From Epiperipatus broadwayi (lineage: Eukaryota; Animalia; Onychophora): a stretch of 64,000 nucleotides of DNA. Under the pieces are notes generated by a model. It was given only the letters and a program-made list of their open reading frames with translations. It did no database searches and was not told the DNA's origin. Below, in pieces: positions 1 to 13,799 of this stretch (position 1 is its first letter; every line of letters starts with the position of its first letter). A program made the translations under genes and the position numbers. The DNA is taken from positions 15,500,001-15,564,000 of the forward strand of contig JAQFVV010000009.1 of assembly GCA_028023455.1 (NCBI GenBank), given 5' to 3'.

Positions 1-135
1 TTACCATTTGTTATGTTTGCTTATAACTTATTAAAACAGGCAAACTCTCCAAACAGCCATGCCACTCAGTGCAAGCCAGAGCAATCAATGGATGTCAGAA
101 GGCTTGTGCATAAAATCCCTATCTAGTGCCTACTC

Positions 136-191
136 ATCCAATATCCCCAGACTAGTTTCTAGCTCGTGGCTTTCATCAGTGAGGAGTCTTG
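136..191 (-). ncRNA. Type I hammerhead ribozyme, family A copy 1
   Basis: Minus strand reads caa-gac-tcctca CTGATGA aagc-cacga-gcta GAAA cta GTC tgggga-ta-ttggat. Stem I is tcctca/tgggga; palindromic minimal stem III is ACUAGU; predicted cleavage between 150 and 149. Confidence 0.85.
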
Positions 192-301
192 AAAATATTG
201 TTTTTTCAATTTTATTCTCATAGTTTCGTAGTTATGTAGACATAAAAGATGGCTTCTGGAAAGTTGCATTAGATCTTAAGATCTAGGTGCAGTGCTCTCA
301 G

Positions 302-360
302 ATCCAAGGCTATTCACTGACAAAAGCCACAAACTAGAAACTAGTCTGGGGATATTGGAT
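302..360 (+). ncRNA. Type I hammerhead ribozyme, family A copy 2 (degenerate core)
   Basis: atccaa-ggc-tattca CTGACAA aagc-cacaa-acta GAAA cta GTC tgggga-ta-ttggat. Core reads CUGACAA rather than CUGANGA, and stems I and II each have a mismatch. Predicted site after 346. Confidence 0.65.
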
Positions 361-753
361 GAGTAGGCACTAGATAGGGATTTTATGCACAAGCCTTCTG
401 GAATCCATTGATTACTCTGGCTTGCATTGAGTGGCACTACTGTATGGAGAGTTTTGCCTATTTTAATAACAGTTATGAGCAAGCATAAGAAATAGAGATC
501 GTGTGATGTTTAGTGGTATAATACTAATCCTACCTAATAGAATAGTGGTGGCTATGGTTATTAAAATACCAAAGATGCCAAAATGTGTGGGAACTCAACT
601 GACTTTAGAACATATGACTATATAAGCTCATGAGCTTGGATTGAAAATATTATTGTGTTTTTTTTATTCTCATAGTTTTGTAGTTAAGAAGAGATAAAAG
701 GTGGCTGCTGGAGGGTTGCATTAGATCCTAAGATCTAGGTGCAGTGCTCTCAG

Positions 754-812
754 ATCCAAGGCTCCTCACTGATGAAAGCCTCAAGCTAGAAACAAGTCTG
801 GGGATATTGGAT
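754..812 (+). ncRNA. Type I hammerhead ribozyme, family A copy 3
   Basis: atccaa-ggc-tcctca CTGATGA(769-775) aagc-ctcaa-gcta GAAA(789-792) caa GTC(796-798) tgggga-ta-ttggat. Stem I is 6 bp + internal loop + 6 bp. Confidence 0.85.
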
Positions 813-3419
813 GAGTAGGCACTAGATAGGAATTTTATGCACAAGCCTTCTGGCATCCATTGATTACTCTGGCTTGCACTGAGTGGTACTACTGTATGGA
901 AAGTTTTGTCTGTTTTAATAACAGTTATGAGCAAGCATAAGAAATGTTTGTGTGATGTTCAATGGTTTAATATAATATATACACATTATTGTATCATGAT
1001 ATCTTTCAATCAATACACACATATATTGCAATGGATTGGAGGGATCAAGAATGTATAGATGATAATGAATAATAAATATAATTATAAAATTTTTCATAGT
1101 AAAATTATCTAAGCATGTCAATTTTCATGGATTAATTGTGCATTAGGAAATACTAACAAGTTTAAACTATTAAAAATCAATAAGAGACTATATGAAATCT
1201 TAGTTTTAATAAGTTATATAAAAAATTAATATATAAAAATTAACAGAGATCATGGTACAATAAAATATATTTACTTTTGAAAAAAAAGTCTAACCCTTAA
1301 TTATTACACAAATTACTATGACTTTATTAAATATAATGTTTGTTTAATATGCTAATTATTATTTAAGACTAATCAAAGTTGTATGGAACAGCTAATATTT
1401 GTCACTCCTATTTGATCCCATCATGAAAAGAGCTATATGATAATTTTTTCATAAATTTATATTCATTCACACTTTCTATTTTATATCTATCATTAATACT
1501 GGGAAATCATTCATCCATCCATTTCACTTTGTATTCATCTTTAATATTGAATTTACTTTAATTTTTTTTTTTCATTTCATATGTAACACTGGTTAATCAT
1601 TCATCCATTTTATTTTATATTCATACCAAATATTAGATATTAATTTGTCCAATAAACATATTTCAAAATTATATTCTTTATTTGTCTGAGTATATACTGA
1701 TAAACTTGCAAACTCTATGCAATTATATATTATAATGTCATTACTTTTTTAAAATGAAAAAAATAGTTCTCAATTTATTAATAGATGATTGATTTCATTC
1801 AACAAATATCATTTCATCAGAGAGGGTAGTAAGAATTTTGTAATCCCCATAATTAAATAAATATATACAAATAATAATATAAAACTAAACAAATAAACAA
1901 ATATTTTAAATTAGCATTTTTTTCCCTTAATGAAATTACTAAATTTCTTTTTAAGATTTCATATAGCCTTTCAATTTGGAGTCAAATTTAAAATAAAGAC
2001 TTTTGACAAATTTTCAAATAAATTTTAAATTCATATTAAGATAGGCAGCAAGTTATAGAATTATGCATTATAAACCTTGTCAGACTTTCCATTTTCAAAA
2101 TTGTTATAGAGATATATTTATTCTTTTTATCATGGCTATTTTTCTTCAAGTTAAAATTTGTTGTTTTGTAATTTTTATATTGAAAATTATGATAAACTCC
2201 ACTTTTCCTCCATAAGATAGTGATTTCAATCTGTTGCTTAATAGTGTATTAAAATCATTAAATAAGATTCGGCAAATGAGATGTAGTAATGAGAAGACAG
2301 CTGTCTTTCTATTTTTTCTTTTCAATTCCAGTTTATAGAAATGACTCTTCTTATAAAATTATTTTAGCATATATTTTAATTTGCGTAAATAACAAGTTTT
2401 TTTTTAAGTATAAAACTAAAATATTTGATTTATTTTTTCAAAACAAAAAAATGCAGACATCAAAGAAAAAAACTGACAAGATTTACATTCTTTTTTTTTT
2501 CCTGCCAAATCTATTAAATTAGCTTTTATAGTAATATTTATTTCTTATTAAAATTTAGTTAATATTTAACAATTTATTTTAATTTTTCAAATGTAAAATA
2601 TCACAGGTAAAGTGCAAACCATTTATTTCACCACACATGTATGTATATATATTTATTGAAGATTGCAATAATAAAAGAAAAAAAATTGTTAAGATTGTTC
2701 AGTCTTGACAAGAAGTTCCTCTTCTGTGGTAATTCATATTCCTGGTGAAAGAAGAGCTCAAGTATCTCCTTGCTTTCTGCATTGCAGTAGACTAGTGAAG
2801 ACATTTAGTTCATGATTATTGTTGTATGAAATGGGACATTATCAGTATCATCCCGATTTTCCTTCTATTCCTTCTTTTGAAAAAATTATAATAAAATAAT
2901 TGCATGGAAGATCCTGCTATTAATTGAACTATTGTGACAATTATTGGAATCATAAAGTCTTATTATAAATGGTCAAATAAATATTTAATTCCAAAGAGAA
3001 TCGAAATAAAATTTTAATTTAAACTATTTAATCAAAAGCAAGAATACATTATTGTAATTATTTATTTTTGAAAGCTTTTTCACCTTTTGCTACTTGAAAT
3101 CAAGATTTTCAATTTTACTACTGGTCATTACCCAGGTTCTAACATCTTATTGGCCATCATTCTCCCCATCTCCATATTCCTTTTTCTTGCCAAAACTATT
3201 CAAAAATTTAGGTAATTTTTGCTTATTTGTTTAAAAACTATATTTTATTTATGGATATTTTTTTTACAATCAGTTTAATACAAGGTCCAAATAATTCAAT
3301 ATTTATCTAAATTATAAGATTAATAAATTAAACTCTTTTTTACATATAAATATACACAATGTCATATTATTTATTTAACATATGGATTTTTTTTTTTTTG
3401 ACAGCTATTAATTTTTTGA

Positions 3420-3720
3420 TTTTAACCAAGAAATCATGTCTGATTTTGCATATTAGTGTTTGTTACTTCCAGAGTGGTGTCATGGCATCAATTCAGTTAT
3501 TTTAATTTGAAATTAGAATTTATATTGATAATGATCATTATCTTGTATCAAATAAAATCTGATTATATTTGATTAAACAATATTGACAATCTCTCTTCTG
3601 ACTCCAGTAGCCATAATTTAAACATTGAGAAAAAACATTCTGGCAATGTAGTCAGCCCCCATGATTTGTCCTACCTTCTAATGGAAAGCATTGTTCTTCA
3701 ATTGTGGTCATACTTTAAAG
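3420..3720 (-). pseudogene. Highly degenerate IS630/Tc1-like transposase fragment
   Basis: Frameshifted minus-strand translation gives ...MFK/IMATG... and AKSDMISWLKSKN, resembling the KADIISWL.SK motif of arthropod Tc1-like transposases; many stops. Confidence 0.35.
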
Positions 3721-6609
3721 TAACTTTTTAAAAAAAAAATTATATGTTATATAATAAATCGGCAAATACTATATAAGCTACTAACAAAGATGACGGATAT
3801 TAGTTTTAACTATTCTTCTTCCACAAGACTAAAAATGACTGCAGTAAGCTTATAAAAGAAGTGATTAAAAGATGGTTATTGATCAGTTTAAAGATCTATA
3901 CAAACTAGACTTAATTTGGAGTCAACATTTTCAAAATAAAATCAAAAGTTAGTTAGTGAAGGAGAAAAGCATACATTTAGTCAATTAACAAAAAGCTAGT
4001 TGAAGAATGGTAAGTTATATTGTTATTTCGTGCCCAAATAATTACATTGTGGTTTGTATCATTTGAAAAAAGATGTAAACAGTTTAATCATTTAATCTAA
4101 AATTAGTCAGAAATATTTGTGTTCTGATTACTTTGGTGTGTTTGTGGTACACTGAAAGAACAGTTCTAAACTATGATTGTTGATTTTATAATATCTATTA
4201 CTAATGTTTGTCAAAACATTGTCACATTTATACAATTAAGTTGTGAACAAAATATTATGATCATCCTAACTTATAATTTTATAAGAGAATGAGAATTCAC
4301 ACATATTAATTATAAAACTTTTCAAAGTTCCACCTTCTGCTTACATATATACGTTGGTTTTATGATTATTTTGAGTTATATCATATCCATATGATATAAA
4401 TAGTTTGCTAATAATTGAAAGAACTTTTAATTATTCTTTGAGAATTTAAAGGAACTAAGCAAAGTGTATGTTAATGTACACATGGTAAACGAATATGAAT
4501 TGTCCAATGTAGTGAGTTTACTAGCTTTCTTCTGAGTTTGAGAACATAAAAACACCACATATATTCTTCCAGAATTACTAATAAAAGATGGAAATTATAC
4601 ATAAAAATTAATCATGGTATTAAAAGCTTGGATAGAATGTGCTTAATAAAAATAATCAAATAATGATGTTATTTATATTCCTGAAAAATTTAATAAACAT
4701 GTTTGCCTGGAACTTACTTGTGGATCTGAGATTAAACTCTTAGTAAAACACCAATTCAGAAAACAAGATGACAAAACAAAAGTAGTAAAATGTATATCTG
4801 GTATTAACAAGCAGGGATTGCAAAAAAAAAAAAATTTAGATGAATAAACAGATTGAAAGAATTGAGAGAATAAAAGGAAGCCAAAGTTGGATATATTACT
4901 AAAAAGAATGAATACAGATAGGTAATTAAAATCTCAAACAAAATTCTAAGAGGTACCAAAAGACTTAAAAAGTGACTATCTATAAAATTGGTAAATTAAA
5001 AAGTTTGCTAGTGTAACATAAAAAAAACTACAGAGGAAGTGATGAAATAAATTTTTGAGAGATTTTCATGCGCAATGGATTGATTAATAAATGAAAATGC
5101 AAAGTGATATGTTTTAATGTTTTTATGACTGCATTGTTTAATTTTGTGTAGAAAAAAAAATTATTTTTCGTTTTTTTTTTTGATCATTTAACAATTTTAT
5201 TTTTGTAAACAAAATTATTATAAATAACAATATAATGAAAAAACCTCAGAATGAATATTCAAATGCAAGAAAAACTATTGAATGTCTGATTTATAATAAT
5301 AATAATAGTCAAAATAATAATAATTGTGAAAAAAATGACTAACTGTAAAGATTATTTTAATTAATTTGGTTAAACTGATACTTTTTAATGAAAAACATTA
5401 AAGTATTTTATAACTCTCTAATATTTCTATAAATAAATACCAAAAGAATAAAATTGAATGGTTTGTTGCTTAGGAGGTAGTGTGATATTTGAATAGAAGT
5501 GACAGGTTGAGCTTTGACTCAAAAATTTTTAATTTACTAAATCTGTCATTTTATTACTGCACTATGCTGCAGAGAAGGAATATCAATTATTTATTATTAA
5601 TTCAAATTAAAAATTGAATTCCAATCCAAGTTAAATTGATAGTATTTAAAAACTATATTGGCAAGATTCATTGAGAGAATTGAAGCAATCAAAAAAAAAA
5701 AACATCAATATAAATTTTCACATTTGTGAGGTTTGATTCTAGGCAAGAGTGAAGTGGTAAAAATTAAAAAATCAAAACCTCCAGACTAAAAAGAAAAAAT
5801 GTTTTTAACTTTCTTTTTGCTAAATAATAAGTAGTAGTAGTTTTTATTTGAAAAATGAAAATACAATAAGCCATTTTGCCACAAAGTTTCATCTGTACAA
5901 GCTTCTATTTTAAAGTCCCTGCTAAATTAAAACCAAATTCTATAATAACTATCTTCTATTTTAACGTCCCTACTAAATTAAAACCAAATATTATAATAAC
6001 TATACAAACCAAAGTCAAGGTATTAGATAGACCTCAAAATCCACCAAAATAAAAAAACTTTAAATCATATTAGAGATTGAATAATTAGCCAATAAAATAT
6101 TTAACCATAACATTTGGTCATTAGAAGTGATATGCCATTGCTAACAACTCTCTTATTCTAACATTAAATTCTAAAACATGACAAATGACCATTAATTAAA
6201 TGTTGTTTTATAAGTACTCATTATTTAGATCAAAATTTTTTAAATAACATTAAATAATGTTTATGTGAAACATTAGTAGATATGTTGATAAGTAAATTAG
6301 TAAATGCCTGTCACATTGTTACAAAACACAAGGGGGTATAAAAATAGCATGCACTACAAAAAATAATAATAATAAAATCACTTTTTTATTACAAATCTAT
6401 TTTTATAAAGTTTATTGTTTTATTATCTCTTAATATTATGGCTCTCAACTAGTTGCCTACAAATGGTGCTTCTATTATCAATATAGTTGTGCTTCTATAT
6501 AACATCATTACTATTAAAACATAACATGATAAAAAATAAATTAGGCATTGACTATAGTTCTGAATAAATTCAATAACAGCTACTTGTAAATAAATATGAT
6601 CTCTCTGGC

Positions 6610-6960
6610 ATCCAAAAAATTGAAGATAATTTTTCCAATGATTATATAAACCAATTCACAGGTCTACAAATATAATCACATATATTATGTGCTAATCCTT
6701 TAGTATTCATTTGATATCTTGTAATGATGGCTTTTTAACTTCTGAAGAATTTTTTTTTTCTTAAAGAATTCACATACATTACCCAGTTATATCTTCCCAT
6801 TGTATTTCATCCCTTATAGTAAATGAGATCTGGCTCTACATAAAAAGCATATTCCTGAAATGATTTATATAGAATATTCTAAAAATATGATAGTAAAATC
6901 ATAAAATCAATTGCTATATTCTTCAGTCTGATGGGTATGAATATACTATGCAAGGAGATA
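6610..6960 (-). pseudogene. Degenerate RTE-like LINE RT N-terminal fragment
   Basis: Minus strand gives fragmentary matches (RDEIQW; EVKK; W.KLSSIFW) to the RTE region preceding RT domain 1; heavily mutated. Confidence 0.3.
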
Positions 6961-9900
6961 CCATTATTGAATTAGGCAAAAAAAAAAAGAATTTTATAAA
7001 TATATTATCTTGATCATATTATTCTTTATACTGTATATACATTTATATCTTTAATTTTAAAACACAGTACTGTATTTAAATTCAATCTGCAGATATTTCT
7101 TTCACTCTTTTTTTTTTTTTTTTAACAATTCCAGTTTATTTTTTGTTTTGTTTTTTATTCTTGTTGATTCATTTTAAAATGTTCTGTTTTTGTTTTAGTC
7201 TCTCAGGATTGCTCAAATGCAATTCACAGATGCAATCTTTGAATACTATCAACTCGTTTATTCAAATTCTCTGCCTTCTTACACATTAATAAAAAATATT
7301 TAAAAAGAATAGTTGCACTTTGTTAGTAAAAAAAATTTCCTCTTTCATTCTTTGTTAAAGGAAGGGGGAGTATGTAGTTTAATTCAAATGAAATGTCAAA
7401 TTATTAACACAAGTAAAAACAATTATCATTTACATAAAAGAAACTCCAAATTTGATATTTAACATTAAAATAATTATACTGCCATCTATGGACCGAAAAA
7501 CCAAGTAAAAATATATCAACATTTTTTTTTTTAGTAGTTTTAAATTATAAACTTCATTTATTTTTAAGAGCGTACATAAATAATGTCTTTTAACAGGCTT
7601 ATTTAAAAAATGAGGTGATCAAGTATGATTACTTTAAATGTCATGCTAATAGCATTAGCCACACTGTCTCTTATTGTTCTTTGTTTTTGATTTCCTGCGA
7701 ATAGAATTATTTGAATTCCTTCTTTGTATTGATACATCATGATCTACGTCAGAAGACTGTAAAATAATAGTAAATAATTGCAGTATCATATTACCTTTGA
7801 GAGCACTTAAAAGTATGCTTTATTTATCAACAGATACTTGCTTAATGGTTATCACGTTTAAATTATAAGCATATAATTTTCCAGCAATACATAACCAAGT
7901 TCAACACACTGGGAACTGTTTCCTTTTCAGAGCATCATTCTGTTTTCATATGTAACATCTTTGGTGATTTCACAAACTTTATAAAGTTATTAAATATGGT
8001 GTACAGTATCATTTAATTTTTATAGATACTATTGTATAACTTTTTTCATGTTAACGAAATATCATCTATATTTAGTGCTTATGATAACAAAAAAAATGTA
8101 AACATCTTAATTTAAATGACAAATTAAAATTTATTAAATTAAGTGAGTAAGGCATGTGAACAAAACTTTTTTTTAAAGTGATTTAAAGGATCACCACAAA
8201 CAATTTGCAAACATAATAAACCTATCACAAAAAGAAAAAAAAGGAAAGTATAGATTGAAGATAATATCAGTAAAAATATTTCTTTAAACCAAGTCACCAT
8301 CCAGAATAAAGCTCCAAGCAAAGCTGAGAATAAGAATTTCAGGGCTGGTTCTTTAAAAAATAAAGCAATCTTCATACATCATAATTCAAGATGAATAGTA
8401 CTGACAAGAAAGTTATAAAATGTCTTTTGTTCAAATTGACAATATAATCAAAGGACATGAGTACAATAAATAGAAAGTTCTATACTGGGCAAAAGATGTC
8501 ATTTAGGGCCCACTAGATAACTTAAGAAAGCAATGCCTAGCAGTAAAAAACAAATGATAGATTTAATAAAAGAAAAAGTCATGGAAATAAAGTCTATACT
8601 GATTTATAATAGTGAGAATTCTAGGAACTTAAAGACCCATATAATGCTAGCATATCAGTATTTTATAAATTAAATCCAAAACTTTAAAATGATTGGTTAC
8701 AGCTCAGAATTATTGCAAAGAAGATAAACTATTTTAACATTTTGCTACATTGAAATAATTTTTCTGACTATCATAACTTTCCAGTTGGGATATGTAATAT
8801 TGTTGCAATAAATAACACAATTTTTAATCCTATTTTTAAACCTATTTACACAAAGAAACACTTGAAAAAATAAAAATAAAATTTTAAAAAACTTTTAAAA
8901 TGGTCATCACAATCATTCAAAATTCGTAAGCTGAAGTTAAAAAAAAAAAACATAGTGAGAAACTAATTCTTTATTTATGAATGACTTTAAGATGTTTAGT
9001 GATCTAATAAATAAAGAAATTGAAAATGCTATTCCTATGGCTAGGAACTTTAAAATGTCATCAAATTGACTTAGTTATATGATAAGCTGCTAACAAAATG
9101 AAAATGGAAGTGAAGTCTTCCTTGCAAATATTATTGCTTGGTTATAAACAAAAATTTTAATGGGAAAAGAAAGGATTTGATGAGACAAAATTCTTTGCTA
9201 TCAAAAATCTGGAAAGCAACATCATCACTTTTCACAGCAGCAGAAAACCTGTGATCAACATTGATCACTCTTTCTTTGCCATCACCAAAATAAATAAGAT
9301 TTGATGAAAAGTCAGATAATGAAAATGTGCCTCATAATAAATATATTACCACTATAATTTTAAAATTTCAAGCATCAATAACTTTCATCGGGTCAACCAA
9401 AAATTCTGCAATAATATTTTTTAAATAATAATAATATATAATTTTAAAAAAATAAGGTAATATTATTTTTTTAATTTCCTTTAATTTAGTAATATTGTTG
9501 TAATATTAGTTTCTTTAGATTCTTTTTCATTTTGTTTATAAAAATTTAATTAATTGCATTAATAAAATATGAATAATCAATGAAATATAACTGCATTAAC
9601 TTAATGATCTTTTGGTCCAGACTGTGTAATAGTAATAATGTGATAGTTTATTGATGAATGAATTTGAGTATGAAAAAAAGGTCTAATTTAGTCATACATG
9701 ATAGTTTAATAGCAGTGATCCAATCCATAATCTGTCATTAATACTGTATAATTAATTATAAACAAATGAACAATTTAAATATAATATCCTCTTTGTTTAG
9801 ATATTAAATCATAACTTTAAACAAAGGGTGTTTGTTTAATGTTTCTAACATTTACATTATTATATCCAATATTTTAATAATTAATTGCAATATTTAAAAC

Positions 9901-11264
9901 AAAGAATGTAATATCTAATGAAGGGAAAAAATATATTATAAACTATTTATTCTCACCAAATAAATCATTCATAATTTTTAAAAAGTGAATTAACTGCTAA
10001 TTAAATTTGTGTGCTTTTAATTTGCCATAATCAGATTTTTTTTGAAATCATGGATGAATGATGTGAAGCTAAAAATTTGAAATTTAGAACAAAAAAGATT
10101 AGCATATATAGAAAGAATATACAGCATAATGGATCAATATAGGGTTGCCTATAAAAGCTAAATCACTTTGAAAAGTGCATAAATGGAAGCCAAGAAATTT
10201 TAAACACTAATGCTGTTTTGGTGTCTGACAGCCAAGTTTTTGATAATAAAAATAATGAATTGTGTGATATTTTATAATCAAAAGTATTTGCCTGGAAAAT
10301 ATGATTCTCTTGCTGTTTTACTTAATGCAGTGTTTCTCAAACTCTTAAATAGAAAAATTTTGATATTCTTAAAAAATATGTTATTAAAAACATTCCAGTT
10401 GGTGTAATTTTTTTTTTTAATTAATAATTATGAGTCCAACATAGGAAAAGATTGATATTCTCTGAAATACAATTTGTTACGTTATTGTGAAATATGTAAG
10501 CAAAAAACAAATACGTTAATATAGTGTACATTTTAAAATTTAATTTTAGTACCTTAATGTTTTATTATCAATATTTTCATTTTATTTTTATAATTATCTA
10601 ATCAATAAACCTTTTTTATTTTTGCTGTGCTGTTAATTTTTTTTTTTTTAATTAATGGTCTGTGATTTTATTTAGTTACATAAATGTGGTCATAATTAAA
10701 TAAAAAAAATATATCAAGAAATGTAATGTACTGCCAATTACTACAGTACAGACATAAATGATTAGTTCTTTTTTTGTTTAGTGGTTGATATCCCCAGGAG
10801 AATGCTGGAATGAACCAGCAAGGCAAATAATAGTTTTAGATGTAAAGAAACAGTAGAAACATAAATAAAATATGAAAATTTTAAAAAACATTCATATATG
10901 CTTTATCTGTTGGTAAACCAAGTCATATTGCTTACTTTATTTTCCAAATAAACACCAATATGTCTTAACATTCAAATGTTATCAGGAGTGTCTCATATTC
11001 ATGTTGGAATATGTGCATGTAATGATTTGTTTTCAATATGATACTACAAATAAGTGATACCTAGGAATTTAGATTGTTTCTTAATTGAGTGTCAAACAGT
11101 TAACAATAGTGCAAGCAATGGGTATTTAAAAATTATAATTTATTTGATACCTTTAATTTTTATGGATTATGGATCGCATATAAAGCAAATTATATAACTG
11201 TTATTTCAATAATGCAACAATTTACATGTATTTTTATACTTTCTGCACACATTTCTATATCTTC

Positions 11265-13799
11265 TAGGGTTCCCTAATAATGAAATTGTAGCAGGTTTCA
11301 TAGTAAAAAAAAACCCACTCAATCATTAACATTTATTTATATCTGTCAAATCATGACATGTGTGTGTGTGTATTATTAAAAAAAATTATTTAAATAAAGA
11401 CAAACTAAATTAAAACTAAGAACTGATTTTTAATTGTATATTGACATAATTTATTTTTAAAATTAATTACTTCTTGATAAAGTTAGTCGATTATTATACA
11501 ATTAAATATCAAATTCATATATCTAATGTTCACCAAAGTTCAAAACCCAGTTTATTAGTTTCATTAATATTTTAGTTTGGTTGTATTTTGCTCTTCCCTG
11601 ATATATTCTAATAATACAATTATTGCAAAAAATGTTGGTTCCAGCAAAAAAACGTACACTTAAAAAAAAATGCATATTTGAATTATGACTTTATTCACTT
11701 GTCTCCAAGCAATATATTCCCAATATGCCTGGTTTGCCAAACAATTTTAGCAAATGAAGCCTTCATTCAAAACTACCAGAATACTTGACTAAAGTTCATG
11801 CTAATAAGAAAGATAATGATTCATTTTATCTTCAAGTACTTAAAGAAAAAATTTTGGCACAGCCAACATTGGCAAAACTCTTTTCAATAGCATCCCAACA
11901 AGATAACAATGGATTGCATGCTTTTTACATTTTCGTTACTGATTGCTAAATCAGAAAAAATTTTACCAGTTCTAAGATAATATGCACTGTGCTACATAAG
12001 CCAATATCTGATATTATCAAGAAAAATTTCTTTTGAGAAATAATACAATACAAGGAAGAATAGATGAAATAGTTCAAGGTCTTGAAAGATTCTTTATATG
12101 CACAATTAAAAACATTCTGCACAGCTCGAGCCAATTTTGACAGGAAATGAATATGTGCAATACATAAAAGTAAAAAATTACAAAGAAATATTTGCTAAAA
12201 GTTTTCAAATTAATATTACTAGTGAATCAGTACTTCAAATATTGGAAAAGTTTTTTGTGAAAAAAAAGAAGAAATCCAGCTGCACAATGTGTGTTATTCT
12301 TCAAAATTTATTTGCCAAAAATCTGAATGAATGCCTACATAAATTTTATATTATGCCATTAAACAATTAACAAAATCAGAGACAATTCATTTGAATTGTA
12401 GATTGTTTGATTAGCTCTATAATGAAAACAATAAAAAATTCAATCACTGCTTTATACAGAAATTTGTTGGCTATCAAATGATGCCTAGTTAGATGAATTT
12501 TATAAAAACTGATCCGGTGCAAAAGTTTTTAGAAAACAAAGATGATGCTTTATGAGGCAACTTGACTGATTCCAAAAATACCATAGCTTATTTGATAAGA
12601 CTTGTTTAATAAATGTAATGAAACAAATCTACAGCTCCAAAGTAATAAGCTGAATGTAATCAAAACAAAAACTATTACTTCTGTTTGTGGCAAACTTCTG
12701 TACAAACAAAAATTTAGAATGCGGGGAATTCAGCTTTTTTCCAAATTTATCAACAACAGAAAAGCTTGAAGATTTGCTTACCAATAGTATTGTCAACATT
12801 TGTAAGGCTTTTCATGTTTTGATTTCAATCAACAATTTGAAGATATGTTTACAAATATAGGAAAATCTCAATATTACAAAAAAAAAACTGATAGAAGTAG
12901 AAAAACTGAAGGAGTTTGCTATTAACTGAAAGGATACCCTTTGATTCCTCTTAGAGACCTTACAGGAACTGAGCAGGGCAAATTAATATTGTCCTCTCCA
13001 TATGTTCTTGTCATTGCAGCTGTTATTACTATGCGATTATTCATATAGTATACGAACATGGATGGGATGCTCATCAACATGCATTAGCCAGCGTGGTAAG
13101 TTTATTGGCTTTTTACCCCTGAGTTTAAGATCAAGAAACACCATGGTCTTTCTTCTCAGTTGCCTGCTAAGGCAGAATGAATGTTTGTGTAAATGATATT
13201 TTTCCAATAGATGTATACAATTATGACAGACAAAAATAAATCATGGCCCTTATTCCCAGGAGGCTGTAAAGTCACCAATCAAGGCAGCGGTTGGTGGCCA
13301 AAGGCAGAGGGTGCTAAGAATCCCCTGATTGTGGACCCAGACTGCTATTTGATGATGACTTTTTATTTATTACAACTGCAGATCACTTTCAAGTCCAGGA
13401 AGATTGCAAGAATTAGAAGGGATTCATTATGATAACATATCTGTTAATTTAAAAAAAACCTGACTGCAAATAACTAATTATTGTGACTTAAGAATTATGC
13501 AGATGAAAATGAAGCCTGAATATTAATAAAGTAATGGCAGCATAATATAATTCTTTGTGATTGTAATTTTCTGTGTAATGTAAATGTTACATGATTGATT
13601 TTAAAAAATAATTTTATAATTTCCAATCTTCTAGAAGTCTTATTTACAATATCTTTGTTATGTTGTAGAAATACATAAAAAATGCAAACTTGTCACTGCA
13701 TTTTTCTGTTTCTTCACTTCAAAAAAGATAAATTTCCAGAAGGGTGCTGATTTTTTTTTTTTTTGAAAAGGTGATAAGCCAAAAAAGTTAGGGAATCTG
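11265..13799 (+). mobile_element. Decayed hAT Buster/ZBED5-like DNA transposon
   Basis: Frameshifted plus-strand translation 11660-12930: ICLVCQTILANEA..SKLPEYLTKVHANKKD..QPTLAKLFSIASQQDNNGLHAFY..RIDE..ETNLQLQ..IKTKTI..FPNLSTTE. C-terminal LQITNYCDLRIMQMKMKPE near 13460-13520. Degenerate TIRs tagggttccctaa / ttagggaatctg; no clear TSD. Confidence 0.85.
12941..13360 (+). mobile_element. ~420-bp GC-richer secondary insertion inside the Buster transposase (SINE/LINE-3'-like or captured fragment)
   Basis: Transposase-like sequence is colinear on both sides; the insert ends in ttgatgatgac (TGA-repeat-like tail). Boundaries are approximate. Confidence 0.4.

Larger units (their letters stand above)
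1..970. mobile_element. Hammerhead-bearing repeat array, family A (retrozyme / Penelope pLTR-like): inverted copy 1-191 joined to a direct tandem with a 452-bp period
   Basis: 276-482 and 728-934 are near-identical (offset 452). 1-191 is the reverse complement of the same unit. Each copy carries an HHR core. The array runs off the left edge of the window. Confidence 0.85.

Noticed and set aside
1-30. Frame 1 reads LPFVMFAYN, like a Gypsy integrase motif
   Set aside because: Other copies of the unit read FLMLAHNCY*, no flanking integrase motifs follow, and the unit is better explained as an HHR repeat.
2690-3230. Short exon-like segments (minus LARKRNMEMGRMMANKMLEPG; plus FNFTTGHYPGSNILLAIILP...)
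   Set aside because: Overlapping candidates on opposite strands, no consistent splice chain, no recognisable protein.
9160-9340. Open stretch on the minus strand, or Tc1 HTH-like remnant on the plus strand
   Set aside because: Two incompatible readings, each with only weak similarity.
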